A DNA stretch of 64,000 nucleotides from Candidatus Kaiserbacteria bacterium (GTDB lineage Bacteria; Patescibacteriota; Minisyncoccia; Phycocordibacterales; UBA2100), in assembly GCA_016217965.1 (NCBI GenBank), contig JACRFI010000016.1, forward strand, positions 1,837 to 65,836. Reading direction: 5' to 3'. Shown one piece after another: positions 29,379-38,574 of this stretch (positions are counted from its first letter, which is position 1; every line of letters begins with the position of its first letter). A program made the position numbers and the translations under genes. Under the pieces are notes generated by a model that was not told where the DNA came from, did no database searches, and was given only the letters and a program-made list of their open reading frames with translations.

Positions 29379-30242
29379 ATGCAAAAAAGCACGAAAGTTC
29401 TACTCCTCGTGCTCGCGATACTTGTTCTCATCAACGCGGTTATCTGGTATGCGGTTATCCGGAATCAACGAGACGGCACGCTCACCGTTTCATTTCTCAA
29501 TATTGGGCAAGGGGACGCGACATTCATTGAATCGCCCAGTGGCGTACAGGTCCTCATCGACGGCGGCAAAGGGCGTGCGGTACTTCGTGAACTGTCTGGC
29601 GTCATGCCATGGTTCGATCGTTCAATCGATGTTGTTATCGGCACTCATCCGGACCAAGACCACATCGGCGGGCTTCCTGATGTGCTTGCACGGTATCGCG
29701 TTTCGACGGTACTACGCTCGAGCGTTTTGGACGAAGAGGGTTCGGATTTTGCCGCATTCAACGAGGCAATCGCCAAAGAAAAAGAATCCGGCGGAGTGGA
29801 AATGATAGCTGAGCGCGGACAGGTATTTGACCTTGGAGATGGGGCCACGCTCACCATTTTATTTCCTGATCGAGATGTTCCTGGACTCGAAACAAATACA
29901 GGCTCTGTCGTCGCGCGGCTCAAATACGGAAACACATCGTTCATGCTGACGGGGGATTCGCCGCAAAGTATTGAAGAATATTTAGTGCGGCTCGATGGTG
30001 AGGCACTGCACTCGAGCGTCCTCAAAGCGGGACACCATGGTTCTCGCACGTCGTCATCGCCGCTTTTCGTGGGGTTTGTGGATCCGGAATACGCCGTGTT
30101 TTCTCGCGGATGCGACAATTCATACGGTCATCCGCATGAAGAAGTCGTGGAATTATTCAAACGGTTCGAAGTGCAAACGCGTGACACCTGCGATGGCAGG
30201 GTCACGTTCGTATCAGACGGGCAGAGTGTGCGGACTAGATGA
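29379..30242 (+). CDS. ComEC-like metallo-beta-lactamase fold nuclease (split ComEC C-terminal domain)
   Basis: FLNIGQGDA, LIDGG, THPDQDHIGG, LTGD, LKAGHHGS, NSYGHPH. Confidence 0.9.
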   Translation: MQKSTKVLLLVLAILVLINAVIWYAVIRNQRDGTLTVSFLNIGQGDATFIESPSGVQVLIDGGKGRAVLRELSGVMPWFDRSIDVVIGTHPDQDHIGGLPDVLARYRVSTVLRSSVLDEEGSDFAAFNEAIAKEKESGGVEMIAERGQVFDLGDGATLTILFPDRDVPGLETNTGSVVARLKYGNTSFMLTGDSPQSIEEYLVRLDGEALHSSVLKAGHHGSRTSSSPLFVGFVDPEYAVFSRGCDNSYGHPHEEVVELFKRFEVQTRDTCDGRVTFVSDGQSVRTR

Positions 30243-30477
30243 GTCCGGCTTTCTTGAGAGTCAAAAACGCACCTCTTTTTTGCATGGTCTTCAGGGCCTT
30301 TGCGGAAACAGTAACAGTGACTTTTCTTCCGAGTTCTGGAATGAAAAGCGTCTTTTTCTGCATGTTTACCTGTCGGCGGCGTGCACCGGTAGGGTTGAAT
30401 TTGGTCGCACGTGTGCGATTAGAATAGCCACCTCCGACGCGGCTTCTTTTCCCTGTGATGTCGCAAACTCGTGACAT
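30235..30477 (-). CDS. rpmB: 50S ribosomal protein L28
   Basis: MSRVCDITGK...RRRQVNMQKKTLF...VTVSAKALKTMQKRG. Confidence 0.9.
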   Translation of the reverse strand: MSRVCDITGKRSRVGGGYSNRTRATKFNPTGARRRQVNMQKKTLFIPELGRKVTVTVSAKALKTMQKRGAFLTLKKAGLI

Positions 30478-30533
30478 AGCGCCGCGAATACTAGCATTAG
30501 CGGGCATTCAAAGCAATGTGCTACCATGCAGCG

Positions 30534-31163
30534 ATGGAAATTTTCGACTCCATATTTGTTGTCGCCATCATCATGTTCTCTGCGGTCATTCATGAGGTGA
30601 TGCATGGCGTCGCAGCAGACAAATTGGGTGATCCGACCGCACGGTATGCGGGGCGCCTTACCTTGAACCCGATAAAGCACCTCGACCCGTTTGGTTCCGT
30701 TCTCCTTCCGGTCATTCTTGTGCTCACCAATTCTCCGATACTGTTTGGTTGGGCGAAACCCGTTCCCTACAATCCCTACAATCTCGTGCGTTCGCCAAAG
30801 TGGGGGGAAGCGATAGTCGCGGGAGCGGGGCCTGCCTCTAACTTTGCAATTGCACTCATCGCATCGGTGTTTATCCGCGCAAATTTTTTCTCGTCGGAAC
30901 TCGACAGCGTTCTTTTCCTAATAGTTTCCGTAAATGTGATGCTCGGCATATTCAATCTGATACCGATACCGCCCCTCGATGGCTCCAAAGTTCTTTCTGC
31001 ACTATTGCCCCGTGGCCTCGCGCGGGCGTATGACGAATTCCGGGTCCGCCTCGAATACAATCCGTTTCTTGGGTTCGGGCTCGTCCTCGTCATTATCATG
31101 GTCTTCGGCGGTGCGTTCGGGAGCCTGATCTATAGCGTTGCGAGGTTTCTTGCGGGAATGTAG
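30534..31163 (+). CDS. site-2 protease (M50) family
   Basis: HEVMH, GRLTLNPIKHLDP, GWAKPVP, AGPASN, FNLIPIPPLDGSK. Confidence 0.93.
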   Translation: MEIFDSIFVVAIIMFSAVIHEVMHGVAADKLGDPTARYAGRLTLNPIKHLDPFGSVLLPVILVLTNSPILFGWAKPVPYNPYNLVRSPKWGEAIVAGAGPASNFAIALIASVFIRANFFSSELDSVLFLIVSVNVMLGIFNLIPIPPLDGSKVLSALLPRGLARAYDEFRVRLEYNPFLGFGLVLVIIMVFGGAFGSLIYSVARFLAGM

Positions 31164-31171
31164 CCCTAATC

Positions 31172-31200
31172 TTGCATTCCGGGGTTCTCCATAGTACATT
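31172..31200 (+). promoter_or_regulatory. promoter for rpsL-rpsG
   Basis: TTGCAT-17 nt-TACATT. Confidence 0.55.
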
Positions 31201-31236
31201 TCTCGGTACCCCGCACAGGGGTTTTAGTTTGCTTTC

Positions 31237-31653
31237 ATGGCCACAATCAACCAATTGATCAAACGCGGCAGGCACGACAAAATACGCCGCACAAAGACCA
31301 TCGCCCTGGGGCGCGGTTTCAATACGCTCAAAAACAGGCCTACGTTCTATCCTGCGCCCTTCAAACGCGGTGTGTGCACTCGCGTCACCACGAAAACCCC
31401 TCGTAAACCGAACTCGGCTATCCGAAAGATCGCCCGCGTCCGCCTCACGAACGGCATGGAGATCACCGCATACATTCCAGGAGAGGGACACAATTTGCAG
31501 GAACACTCGGTTGTCTTGGTACGCGGAGGTCGCGTGAAGGACATCGGACTTCGATACACAATAGTACGTGGCAAGCTTGATACCGCAGGCATCGAGAAGC
31601 GCCGACGTGGCCGTTCGCTCTATGGTGCAAAGCGCCCGAAAGGAGATAAATAA
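31237..31653 (+). CDS. rpsL: 30S ribosomal protein S12
   Basis: [41 protein letters not shown]. Confidence 0.98.
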   Translation: MATINQLIKRGRHDKIRRTKTIALGRGFNTLKNRPTFYPAPFKRGVCTRVTTKTPRKPNSAIRKIARVRLTNGMEITAYIPGEGHNLQEHSVVLVRGGRVKDIGLRYTIVRGKLDTAGIEKRRRGRSLYGAKRPKGDK

Positions 31654-31656
31654 TCT

Positions 31657-32118
31657 ATGAGACGCGCCGTAAAAAACAGAAAGCAACCGGAACCAGATCC
31701 TGTATACGGATCATTCAAAGTCGCGAAGCTCGTCAATTACGTGATGGAGCGCGGCAAGAAGGATACGGCGCGCAAGATTGTGTACAAAGTGATGGAAGAG
31801 TTGAAGAAAGAAGGGGACCCTGTCCTCATTCTTGAAGATGCGCTTGATAAGGCATCTCCGACGGTGGAAGTCCGCTCTCGCCGCGTTGGTGGTGCGAACT
31901 ACCAGGTTCCGCGCGAAGTTCGTCCTGAAAGGCGTCTCGCGCTCGGTATGCGTTGGATTGTTGAAGCTGCGGAATCAAAAAAAGGAGTCCCGATGGCAGA
32001 AGCGCTTCTCGTAGAATTGAAAGCGGCTCACAAAGGAGAGGGTGAGGCAGTCACGAAGAAAGAAACGACTCATAGGATGGCAGAGGCAAACAAAGCGTTT
32101 GCGCACTTTGCGTGGTAA
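31657..32118 (+). CDS. rpsG: 30S ribosomal protein S7
   Basis: PDPVYGS, EVRSRRVGGANYQVP, HRMAEANKAFAHFAW. Confidence 0.98.
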   Translation: MRRAVKNRKQPEPDPVYGSFKVAKLVNYVMERGKKDTARKIVYKVMEELKKEGDPVLILEDALDKASPTVEVRSRRVGGANYQVPREVRPERRLALGMRWIVEAAESKKGVPMAEALLVELKAAHKGEGEAVTKKETTHRMAEANKAFAHFAW

Positions 32119-32164
32119 TTTCGGGTACCTGAGCGCACTCTAGGCGCGTGCTAGTATTTTTCGC

Positions 32165-32482
32165 ATGGTGAAAGGCATTGCGATCATTGCCGCCGTTATT
32201 GTTGTCTCGTTTTATTTTCTTTTCCGGCCGGCCTTTATCAATGGCACGGTGCTAGAGAACGGGACGGCGATTCAGACACATTTTGGCTTCTGTTACCACC
32301 CATTAGGGATGCCGATACCGTTCAGGACGACACTCGTCAAGATACCGAAGAACGTCGAGCCTATCCAAAATGCAGATACACGCGGGACGAATTGGACATC
32401 ATGTAAGGATCGATACGGTATTGTTTTCGGGCTTCTCTTGCCGCTGCGCGAAACAATAGTGGTTGAGGTAAGATACCAGTAA
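32165..32482 (+). CDS. small secreted/membrane-anchored hypothetical protein inserted between rpsG and fusA
   Basis: N-terminal hydrophobic segment, two Cys. Confidence 0.55.
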   Translation: MVKGIAIIAAVIVVSFYFLFRPAFINGTVLENGTAIQTHFGFCYHPLGMPIPFRTTLVKIPKNVEPIQNADTRGTNWTSCKDRYGIVFGLLLPLRETIVVEVRYQ

Positions 32483-32522
32483 GTTCGCGGATTAGTACGC
32501 TCCGTGAAAGTCCCCTTGTTTC

Positions 32523-32550
32523 TTGCATTTCCCCTAGTTTCCGCTACATT
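32523..32550 (+). promoter_or_regulatory. dedicated promoter for fusA
   Basis: TTGCAT-16 nt-TACATT, same hexamers as the rpsL promoter. Confidence 0.5.
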
Positions 32551-32598
32551 ATGAGGCGCTAGGGCTCCGCCAGAAAGGCGGATATTTTTTGAAAAATC

Positions 32599-34740
32599 AT
32601 GGCAAGAGACTATCCACTAGAAAAAGTCCGTAACTTTGGGATTGTCGCGCACGTGGACGCGGGCAAAACAACCACATCCGAACGAATTCTGTACTACACC
32701 GGAGAGAGCCATAAGATCGGCGAAGTGCACGAAGGGAACACGGTCACAGACTGGATGGAACAAGAGAGGGAGCGCGGCATCACCATCACCGCCGCTGCCA
32801 TCACATGCTTCTGGAACCCAACGTACATGGGGACGGATATATCGCAGAAAGTCCGCTTCAACATTATTGATACCCCAGGACACATCGACTTTACGTCTGA
32901 AGTGAAGCGTTCGATGCGTGTTCTCGACGGAGCGGTTGTCGTGTTTGACGGCGTTGCAGGCGTTGAACCGCAGTCAGAGACGAACTGGCGCTACGCAGAA
33001 GAAGCAGAAGTGCCGAGAATTTGTTACATCAACAAATTGGACCGCACCGGAGCGTCTTTTGAGAAGTCCTATGCGTCCATTCTTGATAGGCTTTCTACCA
33101 AGGCAGTTCGCCTGCAGATCCCAATCGGCGCTGAGGGAGATTTTGAAGGTGTCGTGGATGTTTTGGAAATGAAAGCGTTCAAATTCGAAGGCGAGATGGG
33201 GAAGAATGTCGTTGCATACGATATCCCGGATAGCCTCAAGGCCGATGCGCAGAAATATCACGATGAGGTGGTAGAACGAATTGTTGAGACTGATGATGCG
33301 ATGATGACGGAATTTCTCGAGGGGAAGAAGCCGTCGCTTGAGGCGCTCAAGAAGCAATTGCGCGCTGCCGTCTGCACGAACAAGCTCTTTCCAGTCCTCA
33401 CGGGATCGTCTCTCAAGAACAAGGGGGTGCAGCGCGTTCTTGATGCGGTTGTTGACTATCTGCCGTCGCCTCTCGATCTTCCATCGGCGAAGGGAATCAA
33501 TACTGATACTGGTGCCGAAGAAACTCGCCCAGCAACCGACGATGGACCGTTTGCTGCGCTTGTATTCAAGCTCCAAGTTGACCCATTCGTCGGCGCTCTC
33601 ACATTCTTCCGCGTATATTCTGGGCATGTTGCTGCGGGGGACACTGTATACAATTCTGCGAACAACAAGAAAGAACGCATTGGGCGCATGGTGCGTTTGC
33701 AGGCGGACAAGCGCGAGGACGTGAAAGAAGTTTTTGCGGGCGAAATTGCTGCATTCGTCGGCATGAAAGAAGTAAAAATTGGAAATACGGTCTGCGACGC
33801 AGAGCATCCAATTGCGCTCGAGAAAATAATCTTCCCGGAACCCGTTGTTTCGATGCGCATCGAGCCGAAGACAAAGGCAGACCAGGAGAAAATGGGCATC
33901 GCACTCTCGCGCCTTTCGGACGAGGACCCGACATTCCGCATCAAATCTGATCCGGAGACCGGAGAGACCATCATTTCCGGAATGGGTGAGCTGCACCTAG
34001 AGATAATCGTCGATCGCATGAAGCGCGAATTTGCAGTTGAAGCGACGACAGGAAAACCGCAAGTTGCGTACCGCGAGACGATAACAGGTACGGCGGATGT
34101 CGAATACAAGCACATCAAGCAGACAGGCGGTCGCGGCCAGTACGGCCATGTGAAGATCCGCATGAAGCCGCTCGAACCAGTCGAGGAGGGAAAAAAGGTG
34201 AAGAACAACGTCGAGCGCGAAGACCATTTCGAATTCATCAACAACATCAAAGGCGGCGTCATCCCGCAGGAATACATCCAGCCCATCAAGAAGGGACTCA
34301 AAGAAGCGATGGATCGCGGCGTTCTCGCGGGCTTTCCCGTTGTTGATGTATCAGTCGATCTCTACGACGGTTCATATCACGAAGTTGACTCGTCCGAGAT
34401 CGCATTCAAACTCGCTGCCATTAATGCATTCCAAGATGCGGCTAAACTCGCGAAGCCTGCACTTCTCGAGCCGATCATGAAATTGGAAGTCGTCACGCCG
34501 GAAAAATTCATGGGCGATGTGACGGGCATGATAAATAGTAAGCGTGGTTCCATAGAGGCTATGGGCGAGCGCGGCCAAGCGCGAGTCATCACCTCCAAAG
34601 TCCCACTTTCGGAGCTTTTCGGATTCACCACACAGCTTCGCTCCGCGACCGAAGGCCGCGGTGTTCCCAACGTCGAATTCTCGCATTACGCCGTTGTACC
34701 GCGGAATGTGGCAGACGAAGTTATTGCAAGCAGAAAGTAG
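32599..34740 (+). CDS. fusA: elongation factor G
   Basis: [66 protein letters not shown]. Confidence 0.99.
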   Translation: MARDYPLEKVRNFGIVAHVDAGKTTTSERILYYTGESHKIGEVHEGNTVTDWMEQERERGITITAAAITCFWNPTYMGTDISQKVRFNIIDTPGHIDFTSEVKRSMRVLDGAVVVFDGVAGVEPQSETNWRYAEEAEVPRICYINKLDRTGASFEKSYASILDRLSTKAVRLQIPIGAEGDFEGVVDVLEMKAFKFEGEMGKNVVAYDIPDSLKADAQKYHDEVVERIVETDDAMMTEFLEGKKPSLEALKKQLRAAVCTNKLFPVLTGSSLKNKGVQRVLDAVVDYLPSPLDLPSAKGINTDTGAEETRPATDDGPFAALVFKLQVDPFVGALTFFRVYSGHVAAGDTVYNSANNKKERIGRMVRLQADKREDVKEVFAGEIAAFVGMKEVKIGNTVCDAEHPIALEKIIFPEPVVSMRIEPKTKADQEKMGIALSRLSDEDPTFRIKSDPETGETIISGMGELHLEIIVDRMKREFAVEATTGKPQVAYRETITGTADVEYKHIKQTGGRGQYGHVKIRMKPLEPVEEGKKVKNNVEREDHFEFINNIKGGVIPQEYIQPIKKGLKEAMDRGVLAGFPVVDVSVDLYDGSYHEVDSSEIAFKLAAINAFQDAAKLAKPALLEPIMKLEVVTPEKFMGDVTGMINSKRGSIEAMGERGQARVITSKVPLSELFGFTTQLRSATEGRGVPNVEFSHYAVVPRNVADEVIASRK
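34606..34660 (+). repeat. 55-bp perfect direct repeat, copy 1 (inside fusA)
   Basis: CTTTCGGAGCTTTTCGG...GAAGGCCGCG identical to 35947-36001. Confidence 0.92.
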
Positions 34741-34763
34741 GTTGCGCTGGCAAAAATCCACAG

Positions 34764-34829
34764 TTATCGCTCAAATAGACTTGCATTATCGCTCATAATG
34801 AGCGATAATGTGATTTAATATGAGCGATA
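34764..34829 (+). promoter_or_regulatory. fic promoter with operator palindrome and extra half-sites
   Basis: TTGCAT(34781)-17-GATAAT(34804); palindrome CATTATCGCTCAT-A-ATGAGCGATAATG (34784-34810); half-sites at 34764 and 34820. Confidence 0.7.
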
Positions 34830-35875
34830 GTAATCTCAGTCAAAGACAGGCTTCCATACTTGCCAGTATGGGACTTGATACAGACTATTCAGCAGAAAGC
34901 TTGGCGAACTTGTTCGACATTGCTCCTGCCCCAGCGACATTGCGCAGAGACATGCAAAAATTGGAATTACACGGCTACGTAACTCGGCGAGGAGAAAAAA
35001 GGGGAAGGAAATATGCAAAGACGGAACTTGGTGCCCTCTTGAGCCCCTTGGATGCACACGCGTACTTCCTCAAAGAAACAGATGTGCGCCGCGGATTAAA
35101 GACGTATCGTCACGGACTCTGGAATGCCGTACCTGAATCTCTTTTCACCACAGGTGAGCGAGCCGCATTCGCTGCTGCTACCGACATCTATCACGCGCGA
35201 TCGCGCGATATTTCCGAGGTCGTGCGTGCGAAGGAGCTTGAACGCTTCGTGATCGAGCTTTCGTGGAAATCTTCGAGGATCGAAGGCAATACGTATACGC
35301 TTCTTGATACCGAGCGCCTTCTGCGTGAGGGAGTGGAGGCACCCGGGCATGGGAAAGGCGAGGCTATGATGATTCTCAACCACAAGAAAGCGTTCCAGTA
35401 TATCTTGGAATCAAAAAATAAGCGTGAGTTTGTGAATAAGCATTTTGTCGAGGATGTGCATGGCATTCTTGTCGAGAATCTCGGCGTATCACGAGGATTC
35501 AGAAAGGGCGTTGTCGGGGTCACCGGCTCTTCGTATCGGCCTCTCGACATTCCCGCGCAACTGGAAGAAGAGACTGGCGTCTTGTGCCAGGCTGCGGCAC
35601 AGATCAAAGACGCGTATTCGCAAGCACTTCTCATGCTCGTTGGAATAAGTTATATACAGCCTTTTGAAGATGGCAATAAGCGCACCGCGCGACTCATTGC
35701 AAATGCGGTTCTCATTGCGCACGAGAAGGCGCCGCTCTCATATCGAAGCGTCGATGAAACGCTCTATCGCGAAAGTATGCTTACGTTCTACGAACAACTC
35801 TCCATCGTCCCAATGAAAAAGATATTCTCTGATCAATATCTTTTCGCCTGCGAACAGTATCTGAAAAGTTCGTAA
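34820..35875 (+). CDS. Fic family protein with N-terminal winged HTH
   Basis: TLRRDMQKL wHTH; [10 protein letters not shown]; Fic motif variant [12 protein letters not shown]. Confidence 0.88.
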   Translation: MSDSNLSQRQASILASMGLDTDYSAESLANLFDIAPAPATLRRDMQKLELHGYVTRRGEKRGRKYAKTELGALLSPLDAHAYFLKETDVRRGLKTYRHGLWNAVPESLFTTGERAAFAAATDIYHARSRDISEVVRAKELERFVIELSWKSSRIEGNTYTLLDTERLLREGVEAPGHGKGEAMMILNHKKAFQYILESKNKREFVNKHFVEDVHGILVENLGVSRGFRKGVVGVTGSSYRPLDIPAQLEEETGVLCQAAAQIKDAYSQALLMLVGISYIQPFEDGNKRTARLIANAVLIAHEKAPLSYRSVDETLYRESMLTFYEQLSIVPMKKIFSDQYLFACEQYLKSS

Positions 35876-35937
35876 AAACGGGTTTTCCGTCAAACACTCC
35901 AGTAGAATCTGCCAGCTTCAAGAGCCTGACCATTGCC

Positions 35938-36081
35938 AAAGTGCCGCTTTCGGAGCTTTTCGGATTCACCACACAGCTTCGCTCCGCGACCGAAGGCCGC
36001 GCCGTCCCGAACCTTGAGTTCTCGCACTACGTCGTAGTACCACGTAATGTGCAGGAGGAGATAATTGCGTCTCGTAAGTAA
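35938..36081 (+). pseudogene. displaced fusA 3' end, copy 2 ([47 protein letters not shown])
   Basis: In-frame match to the EF-G C-terminal 47 aa; contains the 55-bp perfect repeat. Confidence 0.92.
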
Positions 36082-36153
36082 TTCCCAAATACCTGTCCCC
36101 ACCGCGGCCGCCCTGAGCGAAGTCGAAGGGTGGCCGCGTGTCATGATGTGTGC

Positions 36154-38412
36154 ATGAACAAAAGCGTTGTAGCGTTTGTGGCAGTCGTCGCGTCGTTTTT
36201 CGTCCCCTTTTTCGCCTCGGCACAAGTTCCTACACCGTCTGCCGGAGGACCGTATTCTGGCGGCGTAAATCCAACCATCAGTTCCCAAAGTGGTACTTCC
36301 GTCGGCGTGTCTATCTCTTCTGTCGGGTCGAACACGTCTATTTCACAATCTTTTGTATGTCCGACGTTGATTCGCACCCTTGTCCGCGGTTCTCGAGGCG
36401 GTGATGTCGCTGGAGTACAAAATTTTCTCATCGCCCAAAAAGATTTGGCGGCAGGCAACAACACCGGCTACTTCGGTACTCTCACTGAAACGGCAGTGAA
36501 ATCGTTCCAGCGAAGAAATAATATAGTCTCAAGTGGCACACCAGGAACGACGGGGTATGGCCTCGTCGGCGCAAAGACACGTGCGGCGATCCAAAGAGCA
36601 TGTGCTGGATCAATGGCCGCACCAACCAATTCGTACTCGTCTCCATCACTAGGTTCGAATTCAGAAATAGACAAACTCCTCGCGCAGATTCAATCGCTTC
36701 AGGCGCAAATGAACCAGGAAGCTAACAAGAGCACTGGAAATTCTTCGGGGACAACGTATGTGCAAGGCTCGTACGCACAAACAAACGCGCCTGTGTATTC
36801 GGAAACGAATTATTACAATCAGGGATCATATACACCCACAGACGACCAGGTCCGACCAGCTTCACCACCGTACTATGGGGTTAACTATTTCGCATCTGGA
36901 TACGGGAATTTCCTCACGGACCAGTTCGATGTGTCAAGGACGCGCATCCAGAACGACATCGGACTCATGCAAAGCATGGGAATCAACGTCGTACGTATAA
37001 GCGTCGCCGGTTTCGCCAACGGGCTTGTGCCATGGACCTACAACCAACCGCGGGGACGAGAATATTTCGACACAGCAAATTGGGAGCTTGCCGGAAACAA
37101 CCTTGCAAAGTTGATCAAGCAATTTAAAGCAGCCCGCATAAAAGTTATTGTGGATTTTGTATCGATAAATTATTTCTTGTTCGCACCGAGCGCGACTGAA
37201 CTCGCCATCCACCCAGTAAGCCAGGCATGCAAAGACGGGTTTGCGTCCGGTTCGATGGGCGTATGGTGGCAGTGCCGGTATCCGAACAGATGGGATGATT
37301 TTGTATGGGACTATACGACCTGGGTGAACGGCATCGTGTGGCTCGTCGAGAATGATTCCGAGGCAGCGTCAAACGTCCTCTACTACGATCCGATCGGAGA
37401 ACTCCAATTTTCGGACCGGACAGGCACCGACATGAAGGCATTCGCGAACATCATTATCGCAAACAACAACATTCCGGCAGGGAAACTTGGCATATCGGTA
37501 CTTAATCCTGAATCGACCACTCCCGCCTCAATCGCGCTTCCGAACCTTAAAACTCTTCTCGATGCGGCAGGCAAAAAACTTTCGTTCATTGATGTGCATT
37601 GTTATCCTGGTATCTCTTGTGCGTTTGGTAGCCAGACTGTTGCCCAGTGGTTTACGGACGCATATACAAATGCGCGGAGATCATTTCCCGCATCTGAAAC
37701 AAAGTTTGTCGTGGGAGAATGGGGCTCCAATTATGATGGTGGAAAAGGCTTGGGCCAAGCGAATTACGATGCACAAGTTGTCAATTGGGCGAAATCCAAC
37801 GGCGATGTCACGGCGCTCGTGCACTGGAATCTCTATGATGACAATCCGAGTTACAACGAATATCACATCGGAGTTGCGCCGACGGCCGGCGTTGCGCAAG
37901 GTACACGAAATACCTATATGGTCCTCGGGACGATGCGCGGGGACTTAATCGATGGTGATTTTGAAAGTGGTATTTCGAAGTGGTTTAACGGCGGCAGTGG
38001 GTCGAACCTAAAGCAGATGCCCATCGAAGCAGTGACGGGTTCGTACTATGGACGCATGCAGGTGACGGCACCCGGACAAAATTGGTTCTGCACGCCAAAT
38101 TTCGTGCTCGCCAATGGCACGCATGTCGCGACCGGCGGTTTCATTCGGACAGCACTTGCAAATGTGACGCTTTCGACCCGATATTTCGATTCAAATTGGA
38201 AACTGATCGGGCAAGATGACATCACGCTTACACAACCAGCGGCTTGGCAGTGGCGGCAAATACAAGAGCAATCGCTGTCAAAACGCGCTACTACGTGGAC
38301 GGGTGCCCCTTATGCTGCACAGGTTTGCTTCGTTTTGAACGGTCCAGCTGGCACATCCGCTACAAATCCGCAGTATCTTGATTTGGATTCGATCACGGTG
38401 CACGATTATTAG
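36154..38412 (+). CDS. secreted PG-binding protein with GH-A-like TIM barrel and CBM-like C-terminus
   Basis: Signal peptide; TLVRGSRGGDVAGVQNFL...GYFGTLTETAVKSFQ; DIGLMQSMGINVVRI, IDVHCY, VVGEWG; LIDGDFESG. Confidence 0.75.
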   Translation: MNKSVVAFVAVVASFFVPFFASAQVPTPSAGGPYSGGVNPTISSQSGTSVGVSISSVGSNTSISQSFVCPTLIRTLVRGSRGGDVAGVQNFLIAQKDLAAGNNTGYFGTLTETAVKSFQRRNNIVSSGTPGTTGYGLVGAKTRAAIQRACAGSMAAPTNSYSSPSLGSNSEIDKLLAQIQSLQAQMNQEANKSTGNSSGTTYVQGSYAQTNAPVYSETNYYNQGSYTPTDDQVRPASPPYYGVNYFASGYGNFLTDQFDVSRTRIQNDIGLMQSMGINVVRISVAGFANGLVPWTYNQPRGREYFDTANWELAGNNLAKLIKQFKAARIKVIVDFVSINYFLFAPSATELAIHPVSQACKDGFASGSMGVWWQCRYPNRWDDFVWDYTTWVNGIVWLVENDSEAASNVLYYDPIGELQFSDRTGTDMKAFANIIIANNNIPAGKLGISVLNPESTTPASIALPNLKTLLDAAGKKLSFIDVHCYPGISCAFGSQTVAQWFTDAYTNARRSFPASETKFVVGEWGSNYDGGKGLGQANYDAQVVNWAKSNGDVTALVHWNLYDDNPSYNEYHIGVAPTAGVAQGTRNTYMVLGTMRGDLIDGDFESGISKWFNGGSGSNLKQMPIEAVTGSYYGRMQVTAPGQNWFCTPNFVLANGTHVATGGFIRTALANVTLSTRYFDSNWKLIGQDDITLTQPAAWQWRQIQEQSLSKRATTWTGAPYAAQVCFVLNGPAGTSATNPQYLDLDSITVHDY

Positions 38413-38423
38413 TCTTCGCTTCG

Positions 38424-38485
38424 TTCTCGCACTATGCGATTGTCCCAAAAACGTTGCAGATGAAGTGATCGCCTCGCGCAAATAG
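38424..38485 (+). pseudogene. displaced fusA 3' end, copy 3 (FSHYAIVPK-/-VADEVIASRK*, 1-nt deletion)
   Basis: Translates to the EF-G C-terminus with a single frameshift in an A run. Confidence 0.85.
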
Positions 38486-38574
38486 AAAACGTCACATGGC
38501 ATAGCCTGAACAATGTCCACAGGCGTCTCCGCTGCCCCATTGAAAAAAGCAAGAGGGGGGGGTAGCATTGGGAC

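Noticed and set aside
32974-34301. Long antisense ORFs within fusA (similar ones occur in nusA, pgk, recJ, tuf)
   Set aside because: Shadow ORFs produced by codon bias of conserved genes; no motifs.
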